From positions 1 to 57,068 of the forward strand of contig JAOZPT010000011.1 of assembly GCA_029932605.1 (NCBI GenBank): a DNA stretch of 57,068 bases, in the 5' to 3' direction. The DNA is from Candidatus Zixiibacteriota bacterium. GTDB taxonomy: Bacteria > Zixibacteria > MSB-5A5 > UBA10806 > 4484-95. Shown in pieces: positions 40,616-49,451 of this stretch (position 1 is its first letter; the number at the start of each line of letters is the position of its first letter). A program made the position numbers and the translations under genes. Under the pieces are notes generated by a model. It was not told the DNA's origin and did not search any database. It saw nothing but the letters and a program-made list of their open reading frames with translations.

Positions 40616-41329
40616 TCATGGCAAATACTGAAATATCAGATGCACACCTAACTGGTTGCCGGTGTATTCAAGCGGCAGGGGTGGTGGTCTTGACGATAGA
40701 ACCGCCCTCAAGGCAGACTGGTCGAAGGCGGCTATACCTGATGACTGCTCAACCGTGGCATCAACGACATTGCCATTGCGCAGGATGGTGAAATAAATGG
40801 TGCAGTTTATTTTGTCTATACCAAGGTAGGGATTATCCCATCGGTTTTTGATCTTAGCAAAAAGGATATTAAGATAGGTCGGGGTTTCAAAACTTGCCCC
40901 GTCAAGTTGAACCGTGCCAAACTCACTTCCCAGGTCAACCCCATCGGGCAGGCCTGATCGGTTCTTGTCAATTCCCGGTTTAGCTGATTCATCGATCTCT
41001 TTTTTTATCTTTGAGATATCTTCTTCATCAACCTTTTGAACTTTAGGTTTCTTGCGTGTGGTTTTTTTCCTTTTTTGAACCTCGGCCAAATGTGGTGACT
41101 CGGGAGCCTGTTCTATTTTGGTTTGTGGTTTGACCTTAACGGTTTTAGCCTGAGGTTGCCCCGGTGTTTTCGTTCCCTCTGGGATGCCTTTAGATATCGG
41201 TGGCAATGACACCAGATCAACGCTCATGATTCTTGGGTAAGCTTTGGCTTTCTCCCGGTACTGGCCCAAAATGATGTAGGAGAAAACTAACAGATGCAGT
41301 ATAGTTGAGATTATTACAGCGTATATCAA
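40616..41329 (-). CDS. TonB/TolA-like energy transducer
   Basis: TM with SxxxH (STILH), Pro/Lys-rich linker, C-terminal domain FTILRNG...SSG..AFDQSALRAV. Confidence 0.85.
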   Translation of the reverse strand: MIYAVIISTILHLLVFSYIILGQYREKAKAYPRIMSVDLVSLPPISKGIPEGTKTPGQPQAKTVKVKPQTKIEQAPESPHLAEVQKRKKTTRKKPKVQKVDEEDISKIKKEIDESAKPGIDKNRSGLPDGVDLGSEFGTVQLDGASFETPTYLNILFAKIKNRWDNPYLGIDKINCTIYFTILRNGNVVDATVEQSSGIAAFDQSALRAVLSSRPPPLPLEYTGNQLGVHLIFQYLP

Positions 41330-41739
41330 AATGTTTTCTCCGGTTCGGTGACAAGGCCTACGTTTTGTATGCCGAGTTTTTTAATTATCGCCATATAGCG
41401 CATAACAACACCATACGGCACTCTCTCATCAGCGCGAATATAAACCGGCCGGAATTTTTTTACCTCGCGTATCGTTTTGAGACGGGCTTCGAATTGGTCC
41501 TCGGGAATTTTATAGTTGTCTATGTAAACAACTTTATCGCGAGTGATTGAGACCACAATGCCGGTGGAAACATCGCGAGGCGATTCACTTGCTCTGGGAA
41601 GCTTTATATCAACACCTGATTGCATCATAGGAGCTGTTATCATAAAGATAATCAAAAGCACCAGGACTACATCGACCAGGTTGGTGACGTTTATCTCGGC
41701 CATAGGATGATATTCTCGTCTAAACTTCCGCAACTTCAC
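41326..41739 (-). CDS. ExbD/TolR family protein
   Basis: EINVTNLVDVVLVLLIIFMITAP, IRAD..VPYG. Confidence 0.92.
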   Translation of the reverse strand: MKLRKFRREYHPMAEINVTNLVDVVLVLLIIFMITAPMMQSGVDIKLPRASESPRDVSTGIVVSITRDKVVYIDNYKIPEDQFEARLKTIREVKKFRPVYIRADERVPYGVVMRYMAIIKKLGIQNVGLVTEPEKTF

Positions 41740-42451
41740 TTAGCTCCTTTTTAATTGCCGAAAACAGTTCCGATTTAAAATTGTCTATCTCCGAGGCGAT
41801 TCGCCTGAGTTTGTTAGTGAAGTAGTTATAACCGATTAGGGCTGGTATAGCTGCAGCCAGGCCGGCAACTGTTGCGATTAAAGCTTCAGCGATGCCAGGT
41901 GCCACAACCGCCAATGTAGCTGTACCCCTAACGCCGATCTGAGCGAAGGATGTCATTATACCCCAGACTGTACCTAAAAGACCCAGAAATGGCGAGGCAT
42001 TGGCAGTGGTGGCTAAAAAGACAATATATTTCTCCAGATTTATCACCTCATCGGTGCCGGCGCGGTCGATTGCCTCAGCGATATGTTCTAACCCCTCATC
42101 GTCTATTGCCACCTTTCCAGTATCGCTTGCATTGCTTGCCAATGATTCAAGTTCTACGAAAGCTGCTCCTAAAATGCCTGCAAAAGGTGAGGCTTTTATG
42201 TGTGAGAGAATCGAGAAGCTTTTTTCAAGGCTTTGACGACGCCGAAATTGAAGAAGGAATTTTTCGGTTGAGGAAACCACCGATTTAAATTGGAAATACT
42301 TATATATTATTATGGCCCAGGAAATAACCGAGAAAAACACCAGTATCAGCAATACAATCTTGGCGAAAATCGATGATTCACTAATCAGGTCGGTTAATCT
42401 TCTACCAGCAACCATACCCGGCGTCTGTAAAATTGTAATTAATATTCCCAA
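41720..42451 (-). CDS. MotA/TolQ/ExbB proton channel protein
   Basis: SPFLGLLGTVWGIM, VAPGIAEALIAT.AGL.AAIPA. Confidence 0.93.
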   Translation of the reverse strand: MGILITILQTPGMVAGRRLTDLISESSIFAKIVLLILVFFSVISWAIIIYKYFQFKSVVSSTEKFLLQFRRRQSLEKSFSILSHIKASPFAGILGAAFVELESLASNASDTGKVAIDDEGLEHIAEAIDRAGTDEVINLEKYIVFLATTANASPFLGLLGTVWGIMTSFAQIGVRGTATLAVVAPGIAEALIATVAGLAAAIPALIGYNYFTNKLRRIASEIDNFKSELFSAIKKELSEVAEV

Positions 42452-42496
42452 GTAACTCTCCTTTTTGTTCTCAGCTTACATTCTCCGATTTGCATC

Positions 42497-42525
42497 ATTT
42501 TAGGCAAGATGTGTTGTTGTGTCAA
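42497..42525 (-). promoter_or_regulatory. sigma70 promoter of the tolQ-like operon
   Basis: Minus strand TTGACA-N17-TAAAAT. Confidence 0.65.
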
Positions 42526-42682
42526 GATTATTGTCATCTTGTTGATAATACGTTTGTTAAACGTTTTCAGTTCCGTTGTTGGCCAAGGACCATAAAGCCA
42601 ATGTGGAGTGATTACCTTTGGCTTTACATAAGAGGTCAGGATATCTGACTTTTGAGATTTTTGGAAACGGTTAAAATTTTTC

Positions 42683-42719
42683 TTGACAAATATACAAATG
42701 TTCACTATACTATTGTTCA
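42683..42719 (+). promoter_or_regulatory. sigma70 promoter of dinB-dnaE2 overlapped by two LexA-box-like repeats
   Basis: TTGACA(42683)-N17-TATACT(42706); TATACAAATGTTCA 42691-42704 and TATACTATTGTTCA 42706-42719. Confidence 0.7.
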
Positions 42720-42778
42720 GATATGGCGATACTAATATGGGTAAAGGCAAGCCCTATTAATACAACAGGTGATTAATT

Positions 42779-44035
42779 GTGAAGCCGGTAATTGCGTTGG
42801 TTGACATGGATGCCTTTTTAGCCTCTGTTGAGCAGGCTATAAATCCTGACCTTGCCGGTAAGCCGGTTATTGTCGGTGGCTTGCCCGGTATGCGAGGTAT
42901 AGTTATATGTGCATCTTATGAGGCTCGGAAGCTTGGTGTTGGATTTGGTTTACCTTTGGCTGAAGCTTATCGGCGTTTGCCCAAAGCTGTTTTTTTGAAA
43001 GGTGATATTAAAATCTATCGGGATTACTGGGCTGAAATTTGTGATATATTGTACAGTTTTACTTCCCAGGTAGAACCGGTTTCAATGGATGAAGCTTATC
43101 TTGATTTGACCGGTTCGCTTTCTCTATTTGGAAATAATGGTAGGCAACAGAGACCTGAGATCTTATCTCGACAAATTAAAAATACTATAAAACAGCGACT
43201 TAACATAAGCTGTTCGGTTGGAGTAGGAACCTCGAAACTTTTTGCTAAAATAGCCTGTGGAATAGCAAAATCCAAGCGCACTATAAACGATGGTGGTGTT
43301 TGCATTATAAGGCCAAAATCCCAGATGAGTATTCTTAATGAGGCACCTGTCTCAAAGCTACCAAATATTGGACATAAGACCGAAAAACTTTTAGCTAAAC
43401 TGGGTGTTTATACAATTAAACAACTTCGTGAGGTACCAAGGCCTGTGCTTCTGGATCTTTTCGGCAAGCGGGGTGCTGAATGGTATGAATTTGCCCGGGG
43501 GATTGATAAGCGCCGGGTTAAATCCGCATCTTCACCGAAATCGATCTCCCGGGAGACAACTTTTAATACCGACTCGGTGGATAAGAAATTCCTGGGTGGT
43601 GTATTATATTACCTTCTGGAACGAGTTTGTCTTGAACTAAGACGAAAATCTTTGCAGGCACGCCATATTGCTGTTAAAATACGCTATGTTGATTTTCAGT
43701 TCAACGAGTCGGCGATTTCACTGGCCTATCCCTCTGACAGTGAACCTGAAATATTTCCCATAGTGGAAAAGCTTTTTTCTGATATGTATAAGTGTAAGGT
43801 TGGTATTCGTCATCTCGGGGTAAACGTTACACGTCTTGTTCCCGCGATAAGGCAATGGGGGCTATTTGATGGGACAGGAAGCATTAAATATACAAACTTG
43901 AGTGCTGGTCTTGACAGGGTGCGACAGCATTTTGGCTATCATGCCATATTTTACGGCAAGACTATGCCGCTCGGGAGTAAATTCCGTGAGGTTATCGATG
44001 GTTACCGGTTACGTACCCCTTCGCTGTCACTCTAA
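42779..44035 (+). CDS. dinB: Y-family DNA polymerase IV
   Basis: VDMDAFLASVE, SYEAR, SMDEAYLD, KSISRETTF, clamp-like QWGLF. Confidence 0.92.
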   Translation: MKPVIALVDMDAFLASVEQAINPDLAGKPVIVGGLPGMRGIVICASYEARKLGVGFGLPLAEAYRRLPKAVFLKGDIKIYRDYWAEICDILYSFTSQVEPVSMDEAYLDLTGSLSLFGNNGRQQRPEILSRQIKNTIKQRLNISCSVGVGTSKLFAKIACGIAKSKRTINDGGVCIIRPKSQMSILNEAPVSKLPNIGHKTEKLLAKLGVYTIKQLREVPRPVLLDLFGKRGAEWYEFARGIDKRRVKSASSPKSISRETTFNTDSVDKKFLGGVLYYLLERVCLELRRKSLQARHIAVKIRYVDFQFNESAISLAYPSDSEPEIFPIVEKLFSDMYKCKVGIRHLGVNVTRLVPAIRQWGLFDGTGSIKYTNLSAGLDRVRQHFGYHAIFYGKTMPLGSKFREVIDGYRLRTPSLSL

Positions 44036-47006
44036 TTTTTCATTTTTATATGGGCCTCTCAGTCTGGACCGTTTGCTTGAGGGAGTAAGAGGATTTGGAT
44101 ATAAGACTATTGGTTTGACCGACATCGATGGTCTTTACGGAGCTGTTGAGTTTCATGATAAAGCGTTGGAGAAAGGCTTAAAGCCGATAGTTGGCTGTGA
44201 GATAGAAACCCAGGTTGGCAGATGTATTTTTTTGGCGAAGGATTTAACTGGTTATAGTTCATTATGCCGATTGTCCACTGTTAAGATGCTTTATAAACGT
44301 AAGCCATCGCTTGATGATATCGCCTATCATTCTTGTGGTCTAGTGCTTTTATACCTTGATACGGGATATCTCCAGCATTTAAGAGAGATGTTTGGCGATG
44401 ACCTTTATATGGGGATTGAATCATTTGATGATATAGCGACAAGACGTTTAAACCGTTACAAGTTATGTTTAAGTAATAGGTTATCTGTAAAGACAATTTC
44501 CGCTGACCCTGTTTATTTTCTACAGCATGAGGATATTATAATTCATCGCGCACTTTCTGCCATCAAAAACCTTACAACCATTGCGGATATTGACAATTTT
44601 CAACATGAGCGTCCAGAAGCGTTTTTGCATCCACCTAATGAGATTATAAAACTATATGGAGAACATCCTGAGATTTTAAATGCCACACTTGAAGTAGCCG
44701 AGAAATGCAATCTCAATCTTCCAGTAGGCAGATTGAATTTCCCTGAATATAGAAATGGTGGTGGTATATCCAACTATCGGTTTTTACGTGGTAAAGCTGA
44801 GACCGGTTTGAAGAAACATTATTCTAAATTATCCGGTGAGGTTTATTCACGTTTTGAATCCGAGCTAGCGATAATCAATCAGACAGGTTATATAGATTAT
44901 TTTTTGATTGTCTCCGAGATAGTTGATTTTTGTCGGAAGAATGGTATACCGGTTGTTGGGCGTGGTTCAGTAGCTTCCTCGATAATATCATATGCTCTTG
45001 GGATTACCGAAGTTGACCCGATCGCTTGTAATCTGTATTTTGCCCGGTTTCTTAATGAGGCCAGGTCTGACCCTCCTGATATAGACCTTGACCTCTGCTG
45101 GCGACGGCGGGATGAAGTGCTGGATTTCGTTTATGAAAAATATGGTCGAAACAGGGTGGCAATGATATGCACATTAAATACTTTCGCTGCTCGTGGTGCT
45201 ATTCGTGAACTGGGTAAGATATTCGGTCTTTCAGGTGATGAGATTTCCGATTTCACGAAAAGGTTACCCTGGGGTAGGATTGGAGATTTGCAAGAAACTT
45301 TGCGGAAGTATCCTGAGTGCAGAAACCTTCCTCTTCATGAGGAGCCATACAGAACGATCATAGACCTGGCTTATAAAATTGAGGGCTATCCGCGACATCT
45401 CTCTATCCATTGTGGAGGTATTGTAATCTCTCCGGTAGAGTTGTTGGACCTGGTGCCTTTGCAGATGTCGGCAAAGGGGATAGCCATCACCCAGTATGAT
45501 ATGCATTCGGTAGCCAGGCTTGGCCTGATAAAAATTGACCTTTTAGGACAACGAGGTTTATCGACAATCACCGATGGTGAAAAACTTGCCAGAGAAAAAA
45601 GCGGATTACCTGTGAAATACCGTTATAATGATAAAAAGACATTCGAGCTTTTACGGAAGGGCAGAACTATCGGCGTCTTTCAGATCGAATCACCGGGGTT
45701 ACGGTCTCTTTTAATTGAGCTGAAGCCAAAAAGTATTAATGATATCACACTTGCCCTGGCTTTAATTCGTCCGGGTGCCTCGGAATCCGGTATGAAGAGA
45801 CTGTTTCTGGAACGGCTGGCCAGAGTAAAGCCTGTCGAGTATACTCACCCGTTGTTGGAACCTGTCCTTTCGGAGACATTGGGTAATATAATTTACCAGG
45901 AGCAGGTATTGAAGACGGCGGAAGCATTGGCAGGTTTCTCGCCGGCTCAGGCTGACTTTCTCAGGCGAGCGATAACGAAAAATCGAAACAAAAACAAGTT
46001 CAAGTCTATTGCTAATAGGTTCATATCGCAGACATTGAACAGGGGTGTTTCAATTGACAAGGCTAAAGAGGTATTTGAGCATTTAAGCCAATTCGCTGGT
46101 TATGGATTTTGCAAGGCACATGCTGCTACCTATGCTAAGTTGAGCTACCGGGCGTGCTATCTTAAAGCTCATTTTCCTGTCGAGTATATGACAGCAATGA
46201 TTAACAATTTTGGCGGATATTACAGGTCATTTGTTTATGTCGATGAAGCCCGCCGTTTGGGTGCAAAACTTACACCGCCCGATATGGATAAACCCTCCAG
46301 ATTGTGTACAATCGATGATAATAATGTGTTGAGAATAGGCCTAACCTTTGTGAAAAATCTTTCTCAGAAGACGATTGAGAAAATAATCAGACAGAGAAGC
46401 GAAGCGCCATTTACATCGCTGGCTGATTTTTTGATTCGTGTGCGACCGTCTGTAAATGAGGCTGAAAACCTCATCAGGATAGGAGCCTTTGATTTTTTGG
46501 GTAAAACACGTCCGGAGCTGTTATGGTATCTAAAACTGTATGGTAAAAAACTTGTGAAGAAAAATCCGGATACAACTTTATTGAGTGACATACCACCCCA
46601 GGATGCCGCATTTGCTGTGAATTTACCGGATTATAATATTGATGAGAAGTTGTCCGCTGAAATGGAAATCCTCGAAATAGCTGTAACATGTCATCCAACC
46701 GAACGTATCATAGCAGGTAACGGACATGTCAAATCAATCGAGTTGTCCAGTTTAATAGGGAAAAATGTTAAGATTATCGGGCAGGTTATCAACAGGAGGC
46801 GGATTAAGACTAAAAACGGCAAGTCTATGGTCTTTTTAAGCATGGAAGATGCATTCGATTATTTTGAGGTAACTTTATTTCCTGAGATGTATCGCAGATT
46901 CGGACAGAGGATTTTTAAAAAACCTTTTTTAGAGGTAAGCGGTAAGGTCGAAAATCGAGATGGCTTACTGACTATTGTTGCTGATGGTCTGGAGGTTTGC
47001 GTTTAA
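43998..47006 (+). CDS. dnaE2: DNA polymerase III alpha, error-prone DnaE2 type
   Basis: PHP domain (CHSNFSF), GRGS, PPDIDLD, KIDLLG, YQEQ, YGFCKAHA, terminal OB fold with no tau-binding CTD; ATG 43998 overlaps the dinB end. Confidence 0.85.
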   Translation: MVTGYVPLRCHSNFSFLYGPLSLDRLLEGVRGFGYKTIGLTDIDGLYGAVEFHDKALEKGLKPIVGCEIETQVGRCIFLAKDLTGYSSLCRLSTVKMLYKRKPSLDDIAYHSCGLVLLYLDTGYLQHLREMFGDDLYMGIESFDDIATRRLNRYKLCLSNRLSVKTISADPVYFLQHEDIIIHRALSAIKNLTTIADIDNFQHERPEAFLHPPNEIIKLYGEHPEILNATLEVAEKCNLNLPVGRLNFPEYRNGGGISNYRFLRGKAETGLKKHYSKLSGEVYSRFESELAIINQTGYIDYFLIVSEIVDFCRKNGIPVVGRGSVASSIISYALGITEVDPIACNLYFARFLNEARSDPPDIDLDLCWRRRDEVLDFVYEKYGRNRVAMICTLNTFAARGAIRELGKIFGLSGDEISDFTKRLPWGRIGDLQETLRKYPECRNLPLHEEPYRTIIDLAYKIEGYPRHLSIHCGGIVISPVELLDLVPLQMSAKGIAITQYDMHSVARLGLIKIDLLGQRGLSTITDGEKLAREKSGLPVKYRYNDKKTFELLRKGRTIGVFQIESPGLRSLLIELKPKSINDITLALALIRPGASESGMKRLFLERLARVKPVEYTHPLLEPVLSETLGNIIYQEQVLKTAEALAGFSPAQADFLRRAITKNRNKNKFKSIANRFISQTLNRGVSIDKAKEVFEHLSQFAGYGFCKAHAATYAKLSYRACYLKAHFPVEYMTAMINNFGGYYRSFVYVDEARRLGAKLTPPDMDKPSRLCTIDDNNVLRIGLTFVKNLSQKTIEKIIRQRSEAPFTSLADFLIRVRPSVNEAENLIRIGAFDFLGKTRPELLWYLKLYGKKLVKKNPDTTLLSDIPPQDAAFAVNLPDYNIDEKLSAEMEILEIAVTCHPTERIIAGNGHVKSIELSSLIGKNVKIIGQVINRRRIKTKNGKSMVFLSMEDAFDYFEVTLFPEMYRRFGQRIFKKPFLEVSGKVENRDGLLTIVADGLEVCV

Positions 47007-47099
47007 GGTTATATGGTAAAAAATTCAGAAGGTTTGTAAGAAGGAAATACCATAACGTTTTTATGGTATTGATGGTTAACCTAAACAAAAGGAGAAACG

Positions 47100-47336
47100 A
47101 TGGACAAGTTTTGTCATTCATGTGCAGCACCGTTGAACGTGCCCGATTTTAAGGGGCCAGCAGAGAACTACTGTAAATACTGTAGTGATGATAGCGGTAA
47201 GTTAAAGTCTCGTGATGAGGTAAGAAAGGGTATTACTGAATGGTTTAAAAGCTGGCAACCGAATATTGACGAGCAGACGGCATTAAATCGTGCTGATGCA
47301 TACATGAAATCAATGCCGGCATGGGCTGAGGATTAA
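47100..47336 (+). CDS. Putative zinc-ribbon domain protein
   Basis: FCHSCAAPL...YCKYC...MPAW; SD AAGGAG. Confidence 0.75.
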   Translation: MDKFCHSCAAPLNVPDFKGPAENYCKYCSDDSGKLKSRDEVRKGITEWFKSWQPNIDEQTALNRADAYMKSMPAWAED

Positions 47337-47359
47337 TCCTTGAAAAATGATTGTATCAT

Positions 47360-47405
47360 ATAGGGGCATATTGCATATCCATACGGATTTTTAGGATGCC
47401 CCTAT
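47360..47405. terminator. Inverted repeat between convergent genes
   Basis: ATAGGGGCAT...ATGCCCCTAT followed by a T-rich run. Confidence 0.5.
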
Positions 47406-47455
47406 TGCTTTTTATGGAAGAATTAAAAATTTATGTGTGTTACGAGCTATGATGT

Positions 47456-48259
47456 TCACCGCAATATAGTCATTTTTCGCGTTAGATTACCATCAGGTGT
47501 TCTCAGCTGGTAGAAATATAAACCGGAAGTTATGTAATTACCTTTGGTATCGCGACCATCCCAGTTTATAACGTAACATCCGGGTTGAGCATCAGAGATG
47601 GTGAAGATACGAACTAATTGGCCAAGAAGGTTGGATATCTCAAGAACGATATTGCATCGTCTGGATATCTCAAACGGGATAGTGGTGGCATTATTAAATG
47701 GATTTGGGTAGTTTTGGTTTAATGATATTTTTTCTGGCAATTCGGGAACATAGATGATTTCAGATGATTGTTGTGATGCCTGGAGGACTATTTGCTGATC
47801 TGCGCCATTGGCACGAGAACCCTGCAGACCCGACCAGTATAATGTTACATCTCCAACACCGGGTTCGGGAGCGGTCCAGATAAAAGTTCCTGAATCTGTA
47901 TCAGCTGTTGACCAGTGAACGCCATTGGTTTCGTTGGTAGTATTGTATATAGAGGTGTTCTCGTCGGCTGAGACCGTTCCGGCGATGGTGGAATCGGAGT
48001 TGTTTCTTATCGAACAGTTAAATTGATTAATCGGTTGTTCCCCGTTGTGATGAACACTTATAAGGTATTGTTGTCCTGGTATATAGATTTCAGGAAAACC
48101 TGTTACCTGGCAGGATGGTGAGAAGCTGTTCTGGATATGGCAGGATCTGGTGCATGTGCCATTTGAGGCAGGCGCACCAGAATAACCGATATAATTAGTA
48201 AATGCTAAAAGCGGGCAGGGTATCATCAAACACGTTATATAAATCATTAAGGTTTTCAT
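47456..48259 (-). CDS. Secreted Reeler-like domain protein with T9SS/FlgD-type C-terminal domain
   Basis: Signal peptide; YSGAP..GTCTRSCH; YIPGQQY; F.WTAP; LNQNYPNPFN...WDGRD...SGLYFY. Confidence 0.8.
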   Translation of the reverse strand: MKTLMIYITCLMIPCPLLAFTNYIGYSGAPASNGTCTRSCHIQNSFSPSCQVTGFPEIYIPGQQYLISVHHNGEQPINQFNCSIRNNSDSTIAGTVSADENTSIYNTTNETNGVHWSTADTDSGTFIWTAPEPGVGDVTLYWSGLQGSRANGADQQIVLQASQQSSEIIYVPELPEKISLNQNYPNPFNNATTIPFEISRRCNIVLEISNLLGQLVRIFTISDAQPGCYVINWDGRDTKGNYITSGLYFYQLRTPDGNLTRKMTILR

Positions 48260-48510
48260 AATGGTCCCCTCGTTTGTTTTTGTATGCTTTATTTAAGTTC
48301 AACCATCTTATAAAATTATCGTCAGCAGGATATATTTCAAAAGCAGAAAATAGTTGATGACGGTTTTATTTTATATTATTAAGTCGCTGAGGTAGAATGG
48401 ATTTTACTAATATGGTCTTTGTCGGTTTTGATTTTGGGCGTTTGTGAGTGAATATGCTTGGGCTTGTGACAATAAAATTTTAATTTAATAGAGATAAAAA
48501 AGAGGTGGTT

Positions 48511-48849
48511 ATGCCGGTGAAAAAGAAAACAAAGAAAACTATCAAGAAAACGATAAAAAAGACTGCCAGAAAAAAAACACAAAAGGTTTCTGATAGTAAG
48601 AAGTCTGAAATGGTAAAAGACATCCCTTTAGAGGAATTGGTTGATTGTAGCCATTGCGATGGGACTGGCAAATGTGCCGCTGGCGAACCTTATGATAAAA
48701 TGCACCACCAGGGTATTTTTACTCAGAAACGATTGACAAGTTGCTTTGAATGTCTTGAAGCTGCTGGTGAGAAACGTAACTCTAAAAAGATGGTTAATTG
48801 CCGTTTCTGTAACGGGACTGGAAAAGTAAAAAAACCAGCGATAAGTTGA
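48511..48849 (+). CDS. Small Lys-rich protein with DnaJ-type zinc-finger motifs
   Basis: KKKTKKTIKKTIKKTARKK; CSHCDGTG, CFEC, CRFCNGTG; SD GAGGTG. Confidence 0.7.
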   Translation: MPVKKKTKKTIKKTIKKTARKKTQKVSDSKKSEMVKDIPLEELVDCSHCDGTGKCAAGEPYDKMHHQGIFTQKRLTSCFECLEAAGEKRNSKKMVNCRFCNGTGKVKKPAIS

Positions 48850-49037
48850 GACTTTAGGTGTATGGGTTTTCCAACTCAGGTTTAGTCATGATGATTTGGG
48901 GAAGGTTGATTGCAACCTTAAAATTGCTGGAGGCTTACCGGTTGGATTATAAGTTTTATTGATTTAATCATTGGCTTGGTAGATTTATAACCCAAGCAAC
49001 TTTTTAATTCTGCCGATAGTAATATCATAATAAAGAT

Positions 49038-49385
49038 ATGTTAAACGATGATTCTATAACAAACAAGTCTGTCAAACACATAATCAACGAGGTGAATCTT
49101 ATCCTCTCGGAAAAAAGGACTGCCCTTTCTGTGCTTCGCACAGGTATAGCTATAATCATGTTTCCTCTTTCGGTACTGACCGTTCTTGTCGCTACCAGCA
49201 GGTTCTTTGATATCAAGGATGCCCTAATTTTTGCAATACCTCTGGGATTTCTCTGTTTGGTGTTTTTTATCTATGGTGTTCTTTTGGTAATCCGTTCATC
49301 AATATCTATAAGAAAATATGATGAATTAGCAAAAAAACTGCTCAAGCAATCGAATTATTTATCCCAGCTATTAGACCTTGAATGA
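49038..49385 (+). CDS. DUF202-like membrane protein
   Basis: LSEKRTALSVLRTGIA plus two TM helices. Confidence 0.65.
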   Translation: MLNDDSITNKSVKHIINEVNLILSEKRTALSVLRTGIAIIMFPLSVLTVLVATSRFFDIKDALIFAIPLGFLCLVFFIYGVLLVIRSSISIRKYDELAKKLLKQSNYLSQLLDLE

Positions 49386-49416
49386 TAACTGTTGTTGTTT
49401 GATTGCTTAGGGCAAG

Positions 49417-49445
49417 TTGACATCAGCTTCAACTTGTTTTATTAT
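49417..49445 (+). promoter_or_regulatory. sigma70 promoter of the tilS operon, leaderless geometry
   Basis: TTGACA-N17-TATTAT, then 6 nt, then ATG 49452; no SD. Confidence 0.65.
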
Positions 49446-49451
49446 AAAATA

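Noticed and set aside
42439..42750. 103-aa minus-strand ORF between tolQ and dinB
   Set aside because: Overlaps two divergent promoters; no RBS or recognisable domain
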